Assembly (NCBI RefSeq): GCF_006345805.1
Contig: NC_043004.1
Span: 91,326,001 to 91,390,000, forward strand
Direction: 5' to 3'
Source: Octopus sinensis
Taxonomy: Eukaryota
DNA: 64,000 nt
Part shown: piece after piece, positions 1 through 12,643 of the stretch
Layout: the number at the start of each line of letters is the position of its first letter
Position numbering within the stretch: position 1 is the first letter of the stretch
Made by a program: the position numbers and the translations under genes
Notes under the pieces: model-generated
What the model was told of the DNA's origin: nothing
Database searches by the model: none
Seen by the model: only the letters and a program-made list of their open reading frames with translations

Positions 1-103
1 TTGTCATCTTACAGTATTTTTTTCTGCAGATGGATTAGTTTAGTATTCTGGTCAAGGATGTTAGCACCAGACATAATATGAAGAATGAAAAAGATAGGGA
101 TAA

Positions 104-225
<122 letters not shown>

Positions 226-1069
226 TGAGAGTATCTTCAAAATACTCCTCTTCTTATCATATGAATAATTAGAATCAGTTGTAATTTTGTAATACTTTCT
301 TTAATTTGAATACGATAATTTACCTTATATTTTCTCATGACGTGTTTGATGTATTTGCTCTTTGTTTCTTCTAGCTTACTGAATATTTCCATACCCAACA
401 AGCAGGGAACACTGTCAAGACCCTCCTGGTGATCAATGTGTGCCATACTCAGATCCTTCTTTCTCATCTTATAGTCTTCAGATATAGCTTCATTTACATA
501 TAAGCCTTTATTTATCAGTAATTAATTACTCTCAATAACCATAGAAGCCTTTGTAGCATTCCTTCTGCTCTGAACAGAAGGAATAAGACTCATAAGGCAA
601 TATTTCCTCTCTTCTTCTGAAAATGTGTTATTTTATTCTCCAGGCAAGCATTGATTTTTTTGTGGTAATATTGTCGCTTAGGATTTCTATACTGTCAGCT
701 TGTGGGTATGTAGTTTGGATATTAGATGTTTTTGTCAGTTCTGGAGATTATGACAAAATAACACCCAAATAGCTCAGTGAGTCATTAAAAAATGTTATTG
801 CTGATCTTTCAGTAAATAGTCAAATACTTTTGGCCAGTACTTTGTATGTACATCATCATCATCATCATTATGTTTTAATATCCACTTTCTGTGGATTAGA
901 CAGAATTCATTCAAGAGGATTTTGTATAGTTGAATGGCCTTCCTTGTTACCAATCCTCACCTGTTTTCCAGCAAGCTGGTATTTCTCCATAGCTGGACAT
1001 GTTTTTATGGAAGACTGAAAATAAATGACACCACATATATGAAGGTGACACTTGTTTACAACTATTATG

Positions 1070-1930
1070 CAATGTCAAGATGTGGAGATACATGCACACA
1101 CACACACGTGAAGGCTAGAGAGGAATGAGGCTAGTATGCTCTACTGGATGTGTAATGTAAGTGTACATATGCAACAGAGAGTTAGTGTATTGAGAGAGAA
1201 GTTAGGTGTAAGAGGAATTAGATGCAGTGTGCTAGTTTGGTCATGTGATGCAGAGGGATGCCATCAGCTCCAGAGAAAAGTGCCAAAGTAGATGGAACTC
1301 ATGGAAGAGGGTGACCCAAGAAGATATTGGATGAAGGTGGCGAGCTGGCAGAAACGTTAGCGCGCCGGGCGAAATGCTTAGTGGTATTTCGTCTGTCACT
1401 ACATTCTGAGTTCAAATTCCACCGAGGTCGACTTTGCCTTTCATCCTTTCGGGGTCGATTAAATAAGTACCAGTTATGCACTGGGGTCGATATAATCGAC
1501 TTAATCCGTTTGTCTGTCCTTGTTTGTCCTCTCTGTGTTTAGCCCCTTGTGGGTAGTAAAGAAATAGATATTGGATGAAGTACTGAAGGATGAGATGACA
1601 AAGGACCAAGATACCTGGTGCCTTGCTGTACTCAAGAAAACCCATCTCCCACAGCAGAATTGTTAAGGCTGCATTCCCTGGTGAAGAGGAATGACCTGCA
1701 AGAATACTGTGCTGGTGCCACATGAAAATGCTCATGCTGATGGAACATTGAAAGCGCCCAGCACACACTGTGAAGGGGTTGACATTAGGAAGGCAGCATC
1801 TAGCCAGTGAAACCAAGCCAAATCAGGCTGGAACTTGGTGCAGCTTTCCAGCTTGCCAGCTCTGATCAAATTGTTCAACCCATGCCAGCATAGAAAATGG
1901 ATGTTAAAGGATGATGATGACGATGATATA
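1070..1930 (+). mobile_element. Degenerate RTE-clade LINE 3' end, interrupted by a SINE
   Basis: Frameshifted translation gives EASMLYWMCNVSVH...REKLGVRGIRCSV..FGHVM...GRG*PKKI(W)DE, typical of an RTE ORF C-terminus. It ends in AACCCATGCCAGCATAGAAAATGGATGTTAAAG followed by a (GAT)n tail. Confidence 0.7.
1337..1565 (+). mobile_element. tRNA-derived octopus SINE, well preserved, with 15-bp TSD
   Basis: A-box-like TGGCAGAAACG and B-box GAGTTCAAATTCC. Flanked by the direct repeat AGATATTGGATGAAG at 1322-1336 and 1566-1580. Many decayed copies occur elsewhere in the window. Confidence 0.85.
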
Positions 1931-1934
1931 CATA

Positions 1935-2322
1935 GGCACAGAAGTGGCTGTGTGGTAAGTAGCTTGTTTACCAACCACATGGTTCCGGGTTCAGTCCCAC
2001 GGGCAAGTGTCTTCTACTATAGCCTCGGGCCGACCGAAGCCTTGTGAGTGGATTTGGTAGACGGAAACTGAAAGAAGCCTGTTGTATATATGTATATATA
2101 TGTATGTTTGCGTGTCTGTGTTTGTTCCCCTAGCATTGCTTGACAACTGATGCTGGTGTGATTATGTCCCCGTCACTTAGCGGTTCGGCAAAAGAGACTG
2201 ATAGAATAAGTACTGGGCTTACAAAGAATAAGTCCCGGGGTCGAGTTGCTCGATTAAAGGCGGTGCTCCAGCATGGCCGCAGTCAAAATGACTGAAACAA
2301 GTAAAAAGAAAAAAAAAAAAAG
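1935..2322 (+). mobile_element. Second octopus SINE family (tRNA head, CORE-like GGGCAAGTGTCTTCTACTATAGCC, A-rich tail)
   Basis: Pol III-like head GTGGCTGTGTGG...GGGTTCAGTCCC. A near-identical reverse-complement copy lies at 48675-49016. Confidence 0.8.
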
Positions 2323-3335
2323 AATGCATATGCAGATATATATGTTGAAATTATTTAACTTTACATCTACCAAATCCATTCAAGGCTTTGGTCAGTCCAA
2401 GGCTATAGTAGAAGACACTTTTCTAGGGTGCCACACAGTGGGACTGAACCCAAAATCACACAGTTGGGAAACAAACTCCTTAGTGAATCTGCCTTGTCTG
2501 TGCCTGTTAGATATTGCAGCCAGAAATTTGAACTTCATCATTTCCAGTTGATTTCCATTTGTTCAGTTTCCCCACAGAATTTCTGGTTCAGCCCTTGAAA
2601 TATTTCTTCCTAGCAGTGTTTAAGTGTTACACTTGTTATTTTTAACATTCTCATCCATTGTGACCTTTTCACTGTCCATATTCCTCCCCAGAAAATTTTC
2701 AACTTCTCTTGTTTTGTTAGAACTACAGTATTAATTTATGAGTTTCTTTTTTGTTTTCTTTTTAAAAAAGCCCTTGATAATAATGTTTTGGACTGGAGTC
2801 AAACTGTTTGTTTCACTCAAAAATTCTGCAACAAAATCTTTGTGATTTGGCAAGAATCTCTTCTTCAAGGTAGTTATTGACTTCAGGTACATTTTTGTTG
2901 TATATTTAATAATGAAGATCATCATCATTGTTTAGCCTCCACCTTTCCATGCTTGGACGGGTGAAATGGGATTTGTTGAGGTAGATTTTCTTCCCATTGC
3001 AAACCTTTAACTGTTTCCAAGCAAAGTAATATTTCCTTATGGCCAGACATGTTTTCATAGAAGACTGGAAATCAACAACATCACTTATATGACAGTGATG
3101 CTTCTTTACAATCATTACATGATATTGAAACAAGGGTCAACACACATCCACACTCATACACATATGTACATACATACACCCTTACACACATATACATACA
3201 CATACATATACAATGGGCCTCTTTCAGCTTCTACCCACCAAATCCAACCACCCACAAGGCCTTCTTCAGCTTGGGACCACAGTAAAAGATACCTGCTCAA
3301 GTTGCTATGCATGATGGCATTGAACCCTGTGGCTA

Positions 3336-3405
<70 letters not shown>

Positions 3406-3420
3406 ATGTATGTATATTTA

Positions 3421-3985
3421 TGTGTCTGAGACATCTCTGATGAAAACGTTCAAGGACCCTTACCTGACGTTTGTACAGACTCCATGTCTCACATGAGTAG
3501 AGAAGCGATGTCAGTACATAAGCACGGCACACAGCAACTTTTGTTCTCCTTGCGATGCCATGTTGGGACTAGACACGAGACTGAAGAGACCGGAAGGAAT
3601 TAGTTGCTCTCTGCAACCGGAAAGATATTTCCTCATCCAAGGACTGTGTCAAGTCCTCATTAAAGGCCTGTGATATGTAGGACACTGACTGGGAGAACAA
3701 TGCCTGTCATCGCCAGATGAAGGAAGCAGGTTAAGGAGGGAATCAACACTTTTGAGAGAGCACGTATCCAGCATGAAGAACTTAAGCGAGCTGCACGAAA
3801 GCGCACGGCTTGTATAGTGAATGGGGAAAGCTTGGTCTGCAATGTTTGCAGTCGTGTATACTTGTCAAGAGCAGGGCTCATTAGCCACCAACGGAGCTGT
3901 AAATGCAAAATATGTTAGTCCTAGAGCACACAATGTTCCTGAAGGTCGGCAATGGTCTTCCTCGGTCACAAGTGGACGGCCATCA
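3421..3985 (+). mobile_element. RTE-clade LINE 3' fragment with an inverted 5' segment
   Basis: Minus strand 3421-3531 encodes VLTSLLYSCETWSLYKRQVRVLERFHQRCLRHI. Plus strand from about 3532 encodes QLLFS...KDCVKSSLKACD...RKQVKEGINTFE...CNVCSRVYLSRAGLISHQRSC (C-terminal zinc knuckle). Confidence 0.8.
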
Positions 3986-4222
3986 TGTATATTTATATTC
4001 ACATGCACAGTAAGTATGTGAAAGTAAAATAAGTGTGGTACAGATAAAACTGAGTAGTGCTTGATAGGATGGGAACTTAAACTCCGTCTTCATCCAGGGC
4101 AAGCACCTCTGCATTGGAAACTATAAGAACAATCCTTATTGAGCTTTTATGGAGGTAGACAGGCAGATACATCAGTAGGCTCGAAGTGTATATTTACATG
4201 TAGTACAATTAGTACAAAATAT

Positions 4223-4543
4223 GGCCTCGTGCCGGTGGCACGTAAAAAGCACCATCCAATCGTGGCTGTTGCCAGCCTTGCCTGGCCCCCGTGCCGGTGG
4301 CACGTAAAAAGCACCATCCGATCGTGGCCGTTTGCCAGCCTCGTCTGGCACCTGTGCCGGTGGCATGTAAAAAGCACCCACTACACTCACGGAGTGGTTG
4401 GCGTTAGGAAGGGCATCCAGCCATAGAAACACTGCCAAATCAGACTGGGCCTGGTGCAGCCTTCTGGCTTCCTAGACCCCAGTTGAACCGTCCTACCCAT
4501 GCTAGCATGGAAAGCGGATGCTAAACGATGATGATGATGATGA
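4223..4543 (+). mobile_element. RTE-tailed non-autonomous retroelement with internal 62-bp tandem units
   Basis: Units GGCACGTAAAAAGCACCATCCGATCGTGGCCGTTTGCCAGCC...; 3' end ACCCATGCTAGCATGGAAAGCGGA plus (GAT)n resembles the RTE tail at 1860-1930. Sibling copies at 16133 and 16715. Confidence 0.75.
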
Positions 4544-7480
4544 TTAAAAAAAAAAGACAACAAAAGAGGGGAATTATGTAAAGTCTTATCTTAACAGCTG
4601 TTTAAGGATAAGTATAACTTATGTAATAACCACATTCATACATAATAAGTGCATAATGTTGCAGGTGTGTACCAAATCACAAATTCAGATAGAGTTGTTA
4701 AAGTAAGTTAGATGACCCTCCTCAAGAGAACTTTACCTAACTTGCTTTAACAATTTCATTGGAGCTTATGGTGGTGCATACATATGACATTATACAATTA
4801 TTGTGTATGAATATGGTTATTATATAAGTCATGGTTTGTCCTGAAATAGCTGTCAAGATAAGACACTACATAATTCCTCTGTTTTGTTTTTTATGTATTC
4901 TGTAATCTATACTTTGTACTCCATGTACATATACACTTCAAGCCTACTAGTGTTTATCTGCCTTTCTACCTCTTTCTCTTTGTCTGTCTGTCTCTCTCTC
5001 TACCTATCTATTTATCTATCTATCTTTCTATCTACCTATATGTGTGTTTGTGTGTAACCTTATCTTGACATCATATGATAGGTGCAAATGAGCATCACCA
5101 TATTTGTGTAATACTTTTCTCCTTCGTTCTTTTTTTTTTTATTTTACTATGTACATTTCCATTTTTGATTTCTTTCAGGATTGAGAAAGATTTTTCATTT
5201 ATTTTATTCTTTGTATGTTTGTTTTCCAAATTGTTTTATTCAGGCTTAGCCATTCCTGTACGAGAAATTTTTTGGAAGATACTCAGTTTTCTCCATGTGA
5301 CCATTGTTGCTGTTGCCTGCAGAGATTATTTGGCTTAACCTTCGGATATTGATATTCATATTTTTTGTCCACCATCTCTACATCTTAGTTGTGTTTTTAT
5401 TGATGTTGCTGTTTTACCATTAACTTGTATACTTCACTGGTACATGGGAAGGTTATCGTCCTTTTCAAAATTTCCAGCTTTGTAATTTTCTCCTCTTAAA
5501 TCATTTTCATATTCATATTTTATTTTCATATTCATATTTTCATTTCTATATGTCTTGTTCAGCTTTTGTTGATTATCAATATCCTCTTAGGGTTTGTGTT
5601 TTAATATATTTTTTCTTATTTTTATGCTGTGTCAGCTTTCAAGATTGATATTCTCAATGTTAATAATCTCTATATTTTTATATTTGTTCTTTATTTTCAT
5701 TTGTTCTTTGTATTTTCATTATGATGCCATATTTGAATATCTGATATCATTAATTTTCTGAGAATGTATCTTCTTAAACTAGCTAGTTAGTTGGGATCCA
5801 AAGTTATTTCTACATCTGAGTTATTTTACTCTCCATATATATGCATATATTGTAGCAGACTCATTTTTAGGACAGTGTTTAGCTGTAGATTATACATGTT
5901 GTATGGAAACATTCTTTTCATGTTCATTTATTTCTGTATTTTATTTCTTGGTCAAGAGTAGTAAAATGCAGTCTCACCTTTTCTTTCAGTCAGGTACTAA
6001 CTTATTTGCATATGGCAATGTGGAATTCCATATTCTGTACCCATTATGTATAAAGTCCAAAGAACACATTCTTCTTTTAACACTGGTCCAAATGATAAGG
6101 TTTCCATTTGTAATGATTGTTATGCTTTATTTCAGAAGGAATTTGTCTGTGTCCCTACACAGTTCTGACAAAGCAAACATCAAGGACATTTTAAGTGAGA
6201 CCATCCAGTCTTTTTCTTAGGCGCAATGACCTATGAGAATATTATCCAATGCATTCTTTTTATAGGATGAAAGGGGGTGTTTAGCAAAAGACTTGGTTTC
6301 TATATTTTTCAGATTGAGTGACCTTATAGAGTGATCTCACTGATTGATGTTGATTTAATACTGGGGTTGCTTAGCTTAATTGTTCACTTCTAAACTCAGA
6401 ATATGTGACCCTACACTTCTGTTTCGAAACATTAATATTATCACTGCACTAGGAAGAATTTTATAAAAGTTTGTTTTTGTAGTTTAACCTCAGCTTAACA
6501 ATGAACAAGCAAATCTATTATCACAGATATTCCAGCCATGACCATGCCATCTTTTTCCTAAAAGCAGGGAAACTAGGTCCACATTATTCAATGTTTCCTT
6601 TCTTAAAGATGGTAGGAAGTGATTTGAGGGTGATTTTACTGCTATTCCTTGCAGGATGCATGGCAATGTGTTGGTTGAAACGTTGGATGAAAATGGTAAA
6701 ATTAGCTTGGCCAGATGGTCCTATTTTAACCATGCAACTGTGTGAAGATATTTCAAAGTAATTAGAGGTTTTGTCTAGGTTGTCCCAGTTTGTCTGAAGT
6801 ATCTACTCCAACTCTCTTTTGACGATTTCTTCTTGCTGTTCTCTTCTCTATTATATTTGTTATTTATGGTTTATTTTTACTTTTTATTGATGTTACTGAA
6901 TTTTTTCCTCTTTCAGTTCAATGTAAATAGCTCAGTTAAACAGCTCAATGTTCTTTCATATATTCTTCTTGCTTTGTTCCTGTCTTGGGCCTTTGTAACC
7001 AATAGAAGAATCCCCTATCCTCCTCCTCCTCCTCCCCTCATCATCATCTCTATTGGAGTGGCACACTGGTAAAGTTGTCAGAGTATCAGAAAAAAATGCT
7101 ATACGGTATTTGTTCCGACTCTTTAAATTCTTAGTTCAAATCCTACTGAGGTCATATTTGCATATCCTCCATCCAAGGTCAATAAATTAAAGCAACATTC
7201 AGTGCTGGAGTTGATAGCATTGACTTATCCTAAATTACTAGCCTCATGCCAAAATCAGAAGCCTTCATTATTTTTATTATTGATTGATTTGACTCAGGTT
7301 TGTTCTTATTACTGGTAGAATTTATGTCGGTAGCAGGTTACTACCTTGGGTAGTAATAGTCAACAGTCTTTCAAGTGCTTAGAACCTACCTGATAAGCTT
7401 TCCTGTTCCTAAGAGGCAAACCTTCTATAAAAACTCTACAAGACATTCTGTTCCAATCTCCATCAATCATTTGTCTATAT

Positions 7481-7669
7481 CAGTGCTTTTCAATCTTTTT
7501 GCTGGAGTGGAACCCCAAGGAAACATTCCACTGGCTCGGGGAACCCCTGTGCAATAATTTAATAGTCTTCTGCACAGGAGAATTAAAAATTACTGCTGAT
7601 TTTAGAAGTTTTGTAACTTCTTGCGGAACCCCTGGACTGTACTGGCGGAACCCTGGTTGAAAACCACGG
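7481..7669. mobile_element. hAT (Charlie/Buster-like) MITE
   Basis: Imperfect TIRs CAGTGCTTTTCAA / TTGAAAACCACGG. 8-bp TSD GTCTATAT (7473-7480, 7670-7677) with central TA. Internal GGAACCCC repeats. Confidence 0.85.
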
Positions 7670-7929
7670 GTCTATATCTTTACTCACAGTTCTCAATGCA
7701 CCGATTGTTATAGGCACAAACTTTACAGTTTTCATACTCCAAATTCTTGCAAATTGTAATTATTATTACTTTTCATCTGCATGTTTATTTCAATCGCTTG
7801 CCAAGACACACCCAATACCCTGAAGGCAAGTGAAGGATAAGAGCTGTTACAATATAACTGAAGTCTTGGAAACGGGAAGTGGCAGGGGCAGTAGTGAAAT
7901 ATCTCTGTGTAATACAACAGACATTTAAA

Positions 7930-8200
7930 TTGATAGGATCTTTCTAAGGATGTGGGCAGCACTTATCAGCACAATCTTTTGGATATCTCTGAGACATGGT
8001 TCTCCTGGGGTGATGTCTAGATGTTTCTGACATCCCTTTTTATCATACCTTGGGTACCTACAATAACAGGAACAGTTTTTGCTTTAAGATGTCACATCTT
8101 TTGTATTTTAATTTCCTGGTCCTTATTTTTACTAAGTTTGTCAAATTCCTTTATTTTTATCAGTAGGAACATTTACATCTATTAGTCTACAAGTATTTTC
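7930..8200 (-). mobile_element. Decayed R4/Dong-like non-LTR element, restriction-like endonuclease fragment
   Basis: Translation EENTCRLIDVNVPTDKNK...KLSKNKDQEI...KTVPVIVGTQGMIK...IQKIVLISAAHILRKIL is homologous to the 8.8-kb copy. Confidence 0.7.
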
Positions 8201-8353
8201 TTCCACCACCACCAGCACCAGCATCACCACCAGCACCGGCACCACCACCACCACCACCACCACCACCACCGCCACCACCACTTCCACCACCACCACCACC
8301 ACCACCACCACCACCACCACCACCACCACCACCACCACCACCACCACCACCAC
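8199..8353. repeat. (CCA)n/(GGT)n trinucleotide repeat
   Basis: Directly visible; source of the poly-G and poly-V ORFs. Confidence 0.95.
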
Positions 8354-8739
8354 AATCATCGACACATAATCTGATACATAGACACATTGTTAACTCCAAG
8401 ACAAATAACTACAGCAAATATTGGATGTCACTTTCACTTTTCATTACCACACAAAGATAAAAATTAACTCACAAGTGGCTGAGTAATCCACAGACATGCA
8501 TATCATTAATGTAGTTCTCAGGGAGATTCAACCTCACACAGAATGTGACAAGGCTGGCCCCTTGAAATTACAGCTACAACTCATTTTGGCCAGCTGAGTG
8601 GACTGGAACACGATAAACTTTCAGGTGGTTGGAAGAAAATGATAAAAGATCCTATATAGGGGGCAGGAAAATCTTTTTAGTCATTAGGGTCACAATGGGT
8701 GTTAATAACAATAATAATAATAGTAATAATAATAATAAT

Positions 8740-8776
<37 letters not shown>

Positions 8777-8785
8777 GTAACAATA

Positions 8786-9487
8786 AAAACAATTGATCAT
8801 GTTGTCTGCAAGTGCAGTCTTCTTGCGCCTACAGAGTATCTCAACAGGCGTCATAGAGCTGCACAATATATTCACTGGGTAATTTGCAAAAGCCTGGACT
8901 TGCCCCATGATAAAAACTGGTGGGAACACAAACCATCTCCAGTGCTTGAAAATGATCACATCTCACTCATCTGGAACTTCACCATTCAAACTGACAGAAA
9001 GATAGATGCGAATAGGCCAGACATCATAGTAAAAGACATCAGACAAAAAACATGCCTCCTCATTGATATAACTGTCCCATTAGATATAAACGTATCTGTC
9101 AAGACCTATCAGAAACTGAGCAAATATAAAGATCTGGAAATAGAAATCAGCAAAATGTGGAACCTGAAGACTAAAACAGTGCCTGTTGTCATAGGTACCT
9201 AACTCAGATACCAGGAAACCCAAAAATGGCAGAAATTCAAAAGATAGTGCTCATGGGAACTGCTCATATCCTACGGAAAATACTTTCTATGTAATCTCAA
9301 GTTTTAATACAAACATAATTTTCGTATGGTTTTTTAGGCATTCACTAGTACAACACTAAATACAAAACCAAATATATGTCACCCTAGGCATAACACCAAC
9401 ACGAACTTCCAGCCTGTTGTCTCTTGAGGTCTCTGGGTGAGACTTGGAGCCAGCTTGTGCAAATGTAAAGCAAAAGTCAAACATGGA
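8786..9487 (+). mobile_element. 5'-truncated R4/Dong-like non-LTR retrotransposon (RLE domain plus 3' UTR) within (TAA)n
   Basis: IDHVVCKC..LAPTEYLNRRH..AQYIHW (zinc knuckle), then RPDIIV..CLLIDITVP.D.NV..KLSKYKDLEIEISKMW..KTVPVVIG (PD-D/ExK endonuclease). (TAA)n lies on both sides. Confidence 0.85.
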
Positions 9488-10074
9488 ATAATAATAATAA
9501 TAATAATAAGGTGAGCTGGCAGAATCATTAGCACTCTGGGTGAAATGCTTGGCAGTATTTTGTCTGTCTTCATGTTTTGAGTTCAAATTCTGTCAAAGTT
9601 GACTTTGCTTTTCATCCTTTCAGGGTCAATAAATTAGTCGATATAATTAGCTAGCCCCCTCCCCCAAAATTTCAGGCCTTGTGCCTTTATTTGAAAAGAT
9701 TATTATTATTATTATTAAGGCAGCAAGGTGATTGTTAGGTCACCAGATAAAATGCTTTGTGGCATTTTTTTGGGGGGTTTTTCATTCCGAGTTCAAATTC
9801 TGCCAGTTAATAATATCAGTGCCAGCACTTTACTGGTACTTTATTTTAATGACTTACTAGTACTTTATTTTAACAAAAGGCGAAGTGGCAGGATTTGCAC
9901 TGTCGAATACAAAGAGCCAGTGCAAATACTGGGTTCAAATCCAGGTGAAGCCAACTTTCACTTCATACCCATCCAGATACCAATAACATAAGTTCTAGTT
10001 ACATAATGAGGTTAAATCAATCTGCTATACTTCATTCTCTGTTCAGCTTTGTGCCAATGTAAATAAAGATGATT

Positions 10075-10635
10075 ATTTGATACCGTTGTTGTCGTTGTGG
10101 TTATTGCGTAATAGCTGTTGGCTGCTGTTTGTTACAGCTATTGTTGTGATGCTGGTGGAATTGTTATTGATGATACTGTTGCTGTTGCTTTTACCACTAT
10201 TGTGTAACTGTGGTTGTTGTTGTTGTTGTTGTTGTTGTAATAGCTACTGTTATGGTGGTGGTCTTATTGTTGTTGTGGTTATTGTTTTTATTGCTATTAC
10301 ATAAAAACTGCTGCAGTTTTTGTTATTGTTGCTGTGTAATAGCTATTGCTGCTGCTGTTGTTGTTATTATTATTGATGGTGTTATTGTTGTAGTAGTTGC
10401 TGATGGTCTCCTTATTGTTGTTTCTGTTACTGTTATTGTGTTATAGCTGCTGTTATTATAACTGTTGTTGTTGTTCTTCTTCCTGTTGCTATTGTTTTTG
10501 TTGTTGCTGCTGCTCTAGATATTAAGGATGTTGCTGTTGTTGTTGTTGTTGTTGTTGTTATAGTTACAGTTGTTGTTATGATTGTTTTTGTTGTAATGGT
10601 TTCTATTGTTAGAGTTGTTGTTGTTGTTACTGTAA
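10075..10635. repeat. Degenerate (GTT/GCT/ATT)n low-complexity tract
   Basis: Directly visible. Confidence 0.9.
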
Positions 10636-11269
10636 TTGATTTTTTAATTTTTTTTTTGATCGAGATAATTCTACAAACCACAACACATCAGATCACATCA
10701 AATCAAAGTCGTAGACGGAAGCTGCGAGAAAAGATGGACACTTATTAATCTGTGAAGAAACGGTGTTAGTCCCTTGGTTCCTTATCTCGGAATCGCTGGA
10801 CAATAATCGTCTTAGCTGCTTTCTTTGATTCTTTGAAGAATTAATCGTTTCGAATTATGGGGTGAAAAACAACCACAACACACCAACCCCACCACCTTTA
10901 CAAAGAAGACATAACTGTCAATAACCAAAGATTTACTTTTTCACTGTGGCATCATGTCGCTTTTCATTTTCCCTTTCATATCTTGGAGTTCAGTGCTTTG
11001 GCAAAATCAATAGAATGTCGGACAAAATGCCTTCTTGTATTTAGTTACATCCCTTAACATTCTCTGTTTAAATCTCTCTCACTTGACTGGCTTGACTTTG
11101 GTATTTAAGTTTCTGAATGGTTTGATCCTTAGTATGCTACTGGTACATAATTTATTGATTTTATTCCCATTCCCATGGAGAAATGAAAATCAGTTTATCA
11201 TGGATGAGATTTGAAGTCAAAAGAGTGAAACTAAGTATTGCTTTTGTCACTCTACTACCATAATAACCC

Positions 11270-12110
11270 TTTCTAATATAGGCACAAGGCCTGGAATTTG
11301 TGGGGAGTGGGATTGTTGATCACATTGACCCCAGTGTTTTACTGATACTTAATTTATCGATCCTGAAAGGATGAAAGGTAAAGCTGACCTTGGCAGAATT
11401 TGAACTCAGAATGTAAGGACAGACAAAATTCTGCTAAGCATTTTGCCTGGCATACTAACAACTCTGCAAGCTCGCCATCTTAATAATAATAATAATAATG
11501 AGGAGGATTTTAAATTTTGGCTCAAGGCCAGCAAGTTCAAGGGAGGGGATAAGTTGATTAGATCGGCCCCTGTGGTCAACTGTTACTTAATTTATCAACC
11601 CTGAAAGGATGAAAGGTAAAATCAACCTTGGCGGAATTTGAACTCAGAACGTGGTAGCAGACGAAATCTTGCTAAACATTTCATCCAGTATGCTAAGGGT
11701 TGTGCCAACTTGCCACCTTTCTCTACTACCATAATAATAACCCTTTCTGCAATCGGCACAAGGACTAAAGTTTTGTGGCAGAGGACTAGTCGCTTACATC
11801 AACCCCGGTGCTCAACTGGTGCTTATTTTATTGACCCTGGAAGAATGAAAAGCAAAGTCGATCTCAGTGGAATTTGAACTCAGAACATAGAGACAAATGA
11901 AATACCACTAAGCATTTTGTCTGGCATGCTAGCAATTCTGTCAGCCCACCACTTTTACTATCACAATAATACTGATAATAGTAGTTTTAAATTTTAGCAC
12001 AAGACAATCAATTTATCAACCCCAAAAGAATGAAAGGCAAAGTCAATCTCAGCAGAATTTGAACCCAGAATGTAAAGGTGGATGAAATGCCACTAATAAT
12101 AATAATGATA
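11270..12110 (-). mobile_element. Head-to-tail array of about 4 decayed SINE copies (family of 1337)
   Basis: GGATGAAAGG..AAAGT.GAC..GGAATTTGAACTCAGAA recurs about every 240 bp, separated by (TAA)n. Confidence 0.8.
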
Positions 12111-12388
12111 ATTATAAAATTTCTGTAATGATTATTATTATTCCAGGCCTTGTGCCTTTAGTAGAAAAGATTATTATTATCTGTCTATTTAAAACTCACA
12201 ATCTGGAAACATACATTACTTCTGTTCCAGAAATGGTTTTAGACTCTTAAAATTTTTCACATAATGAGTAATGAGGCCCCTGAGGGCAGAAAACTCCCTT
12301 TCCTGGGTAAACAATACAAACTATTGTACAATTTGGTTGCTTCGTTGGTTCAAGGGACATTACTTGTGATGACGTACTTGTGTTAATT

Positions 12389-12469
<81 letters not shown>

Positions 12470-12486
12470 CATATATAAAAGTGAGG

Positions 12487-12517
<31 letters not shown>

Positions 12518-12643
12518 TGTGTGTAAACCCACACAACTTCTGAAGTTTGCAGCTGATTTTCTGAAAACTGGAAACACACATTATATATGTTCCAGGAATG
12601 GTTTTAGAGTCTTATAATTTTTCACATAATGAGTAATGGGGCC

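Noticed and set aside
4223-4380. 62-bp direct repeats resembling a CRISPR array
   Set aside because: The units are contiguous with no unique spacers, they are internal to a dispersed retroelement, and there are no cas genes in this eukaryotic DNA.
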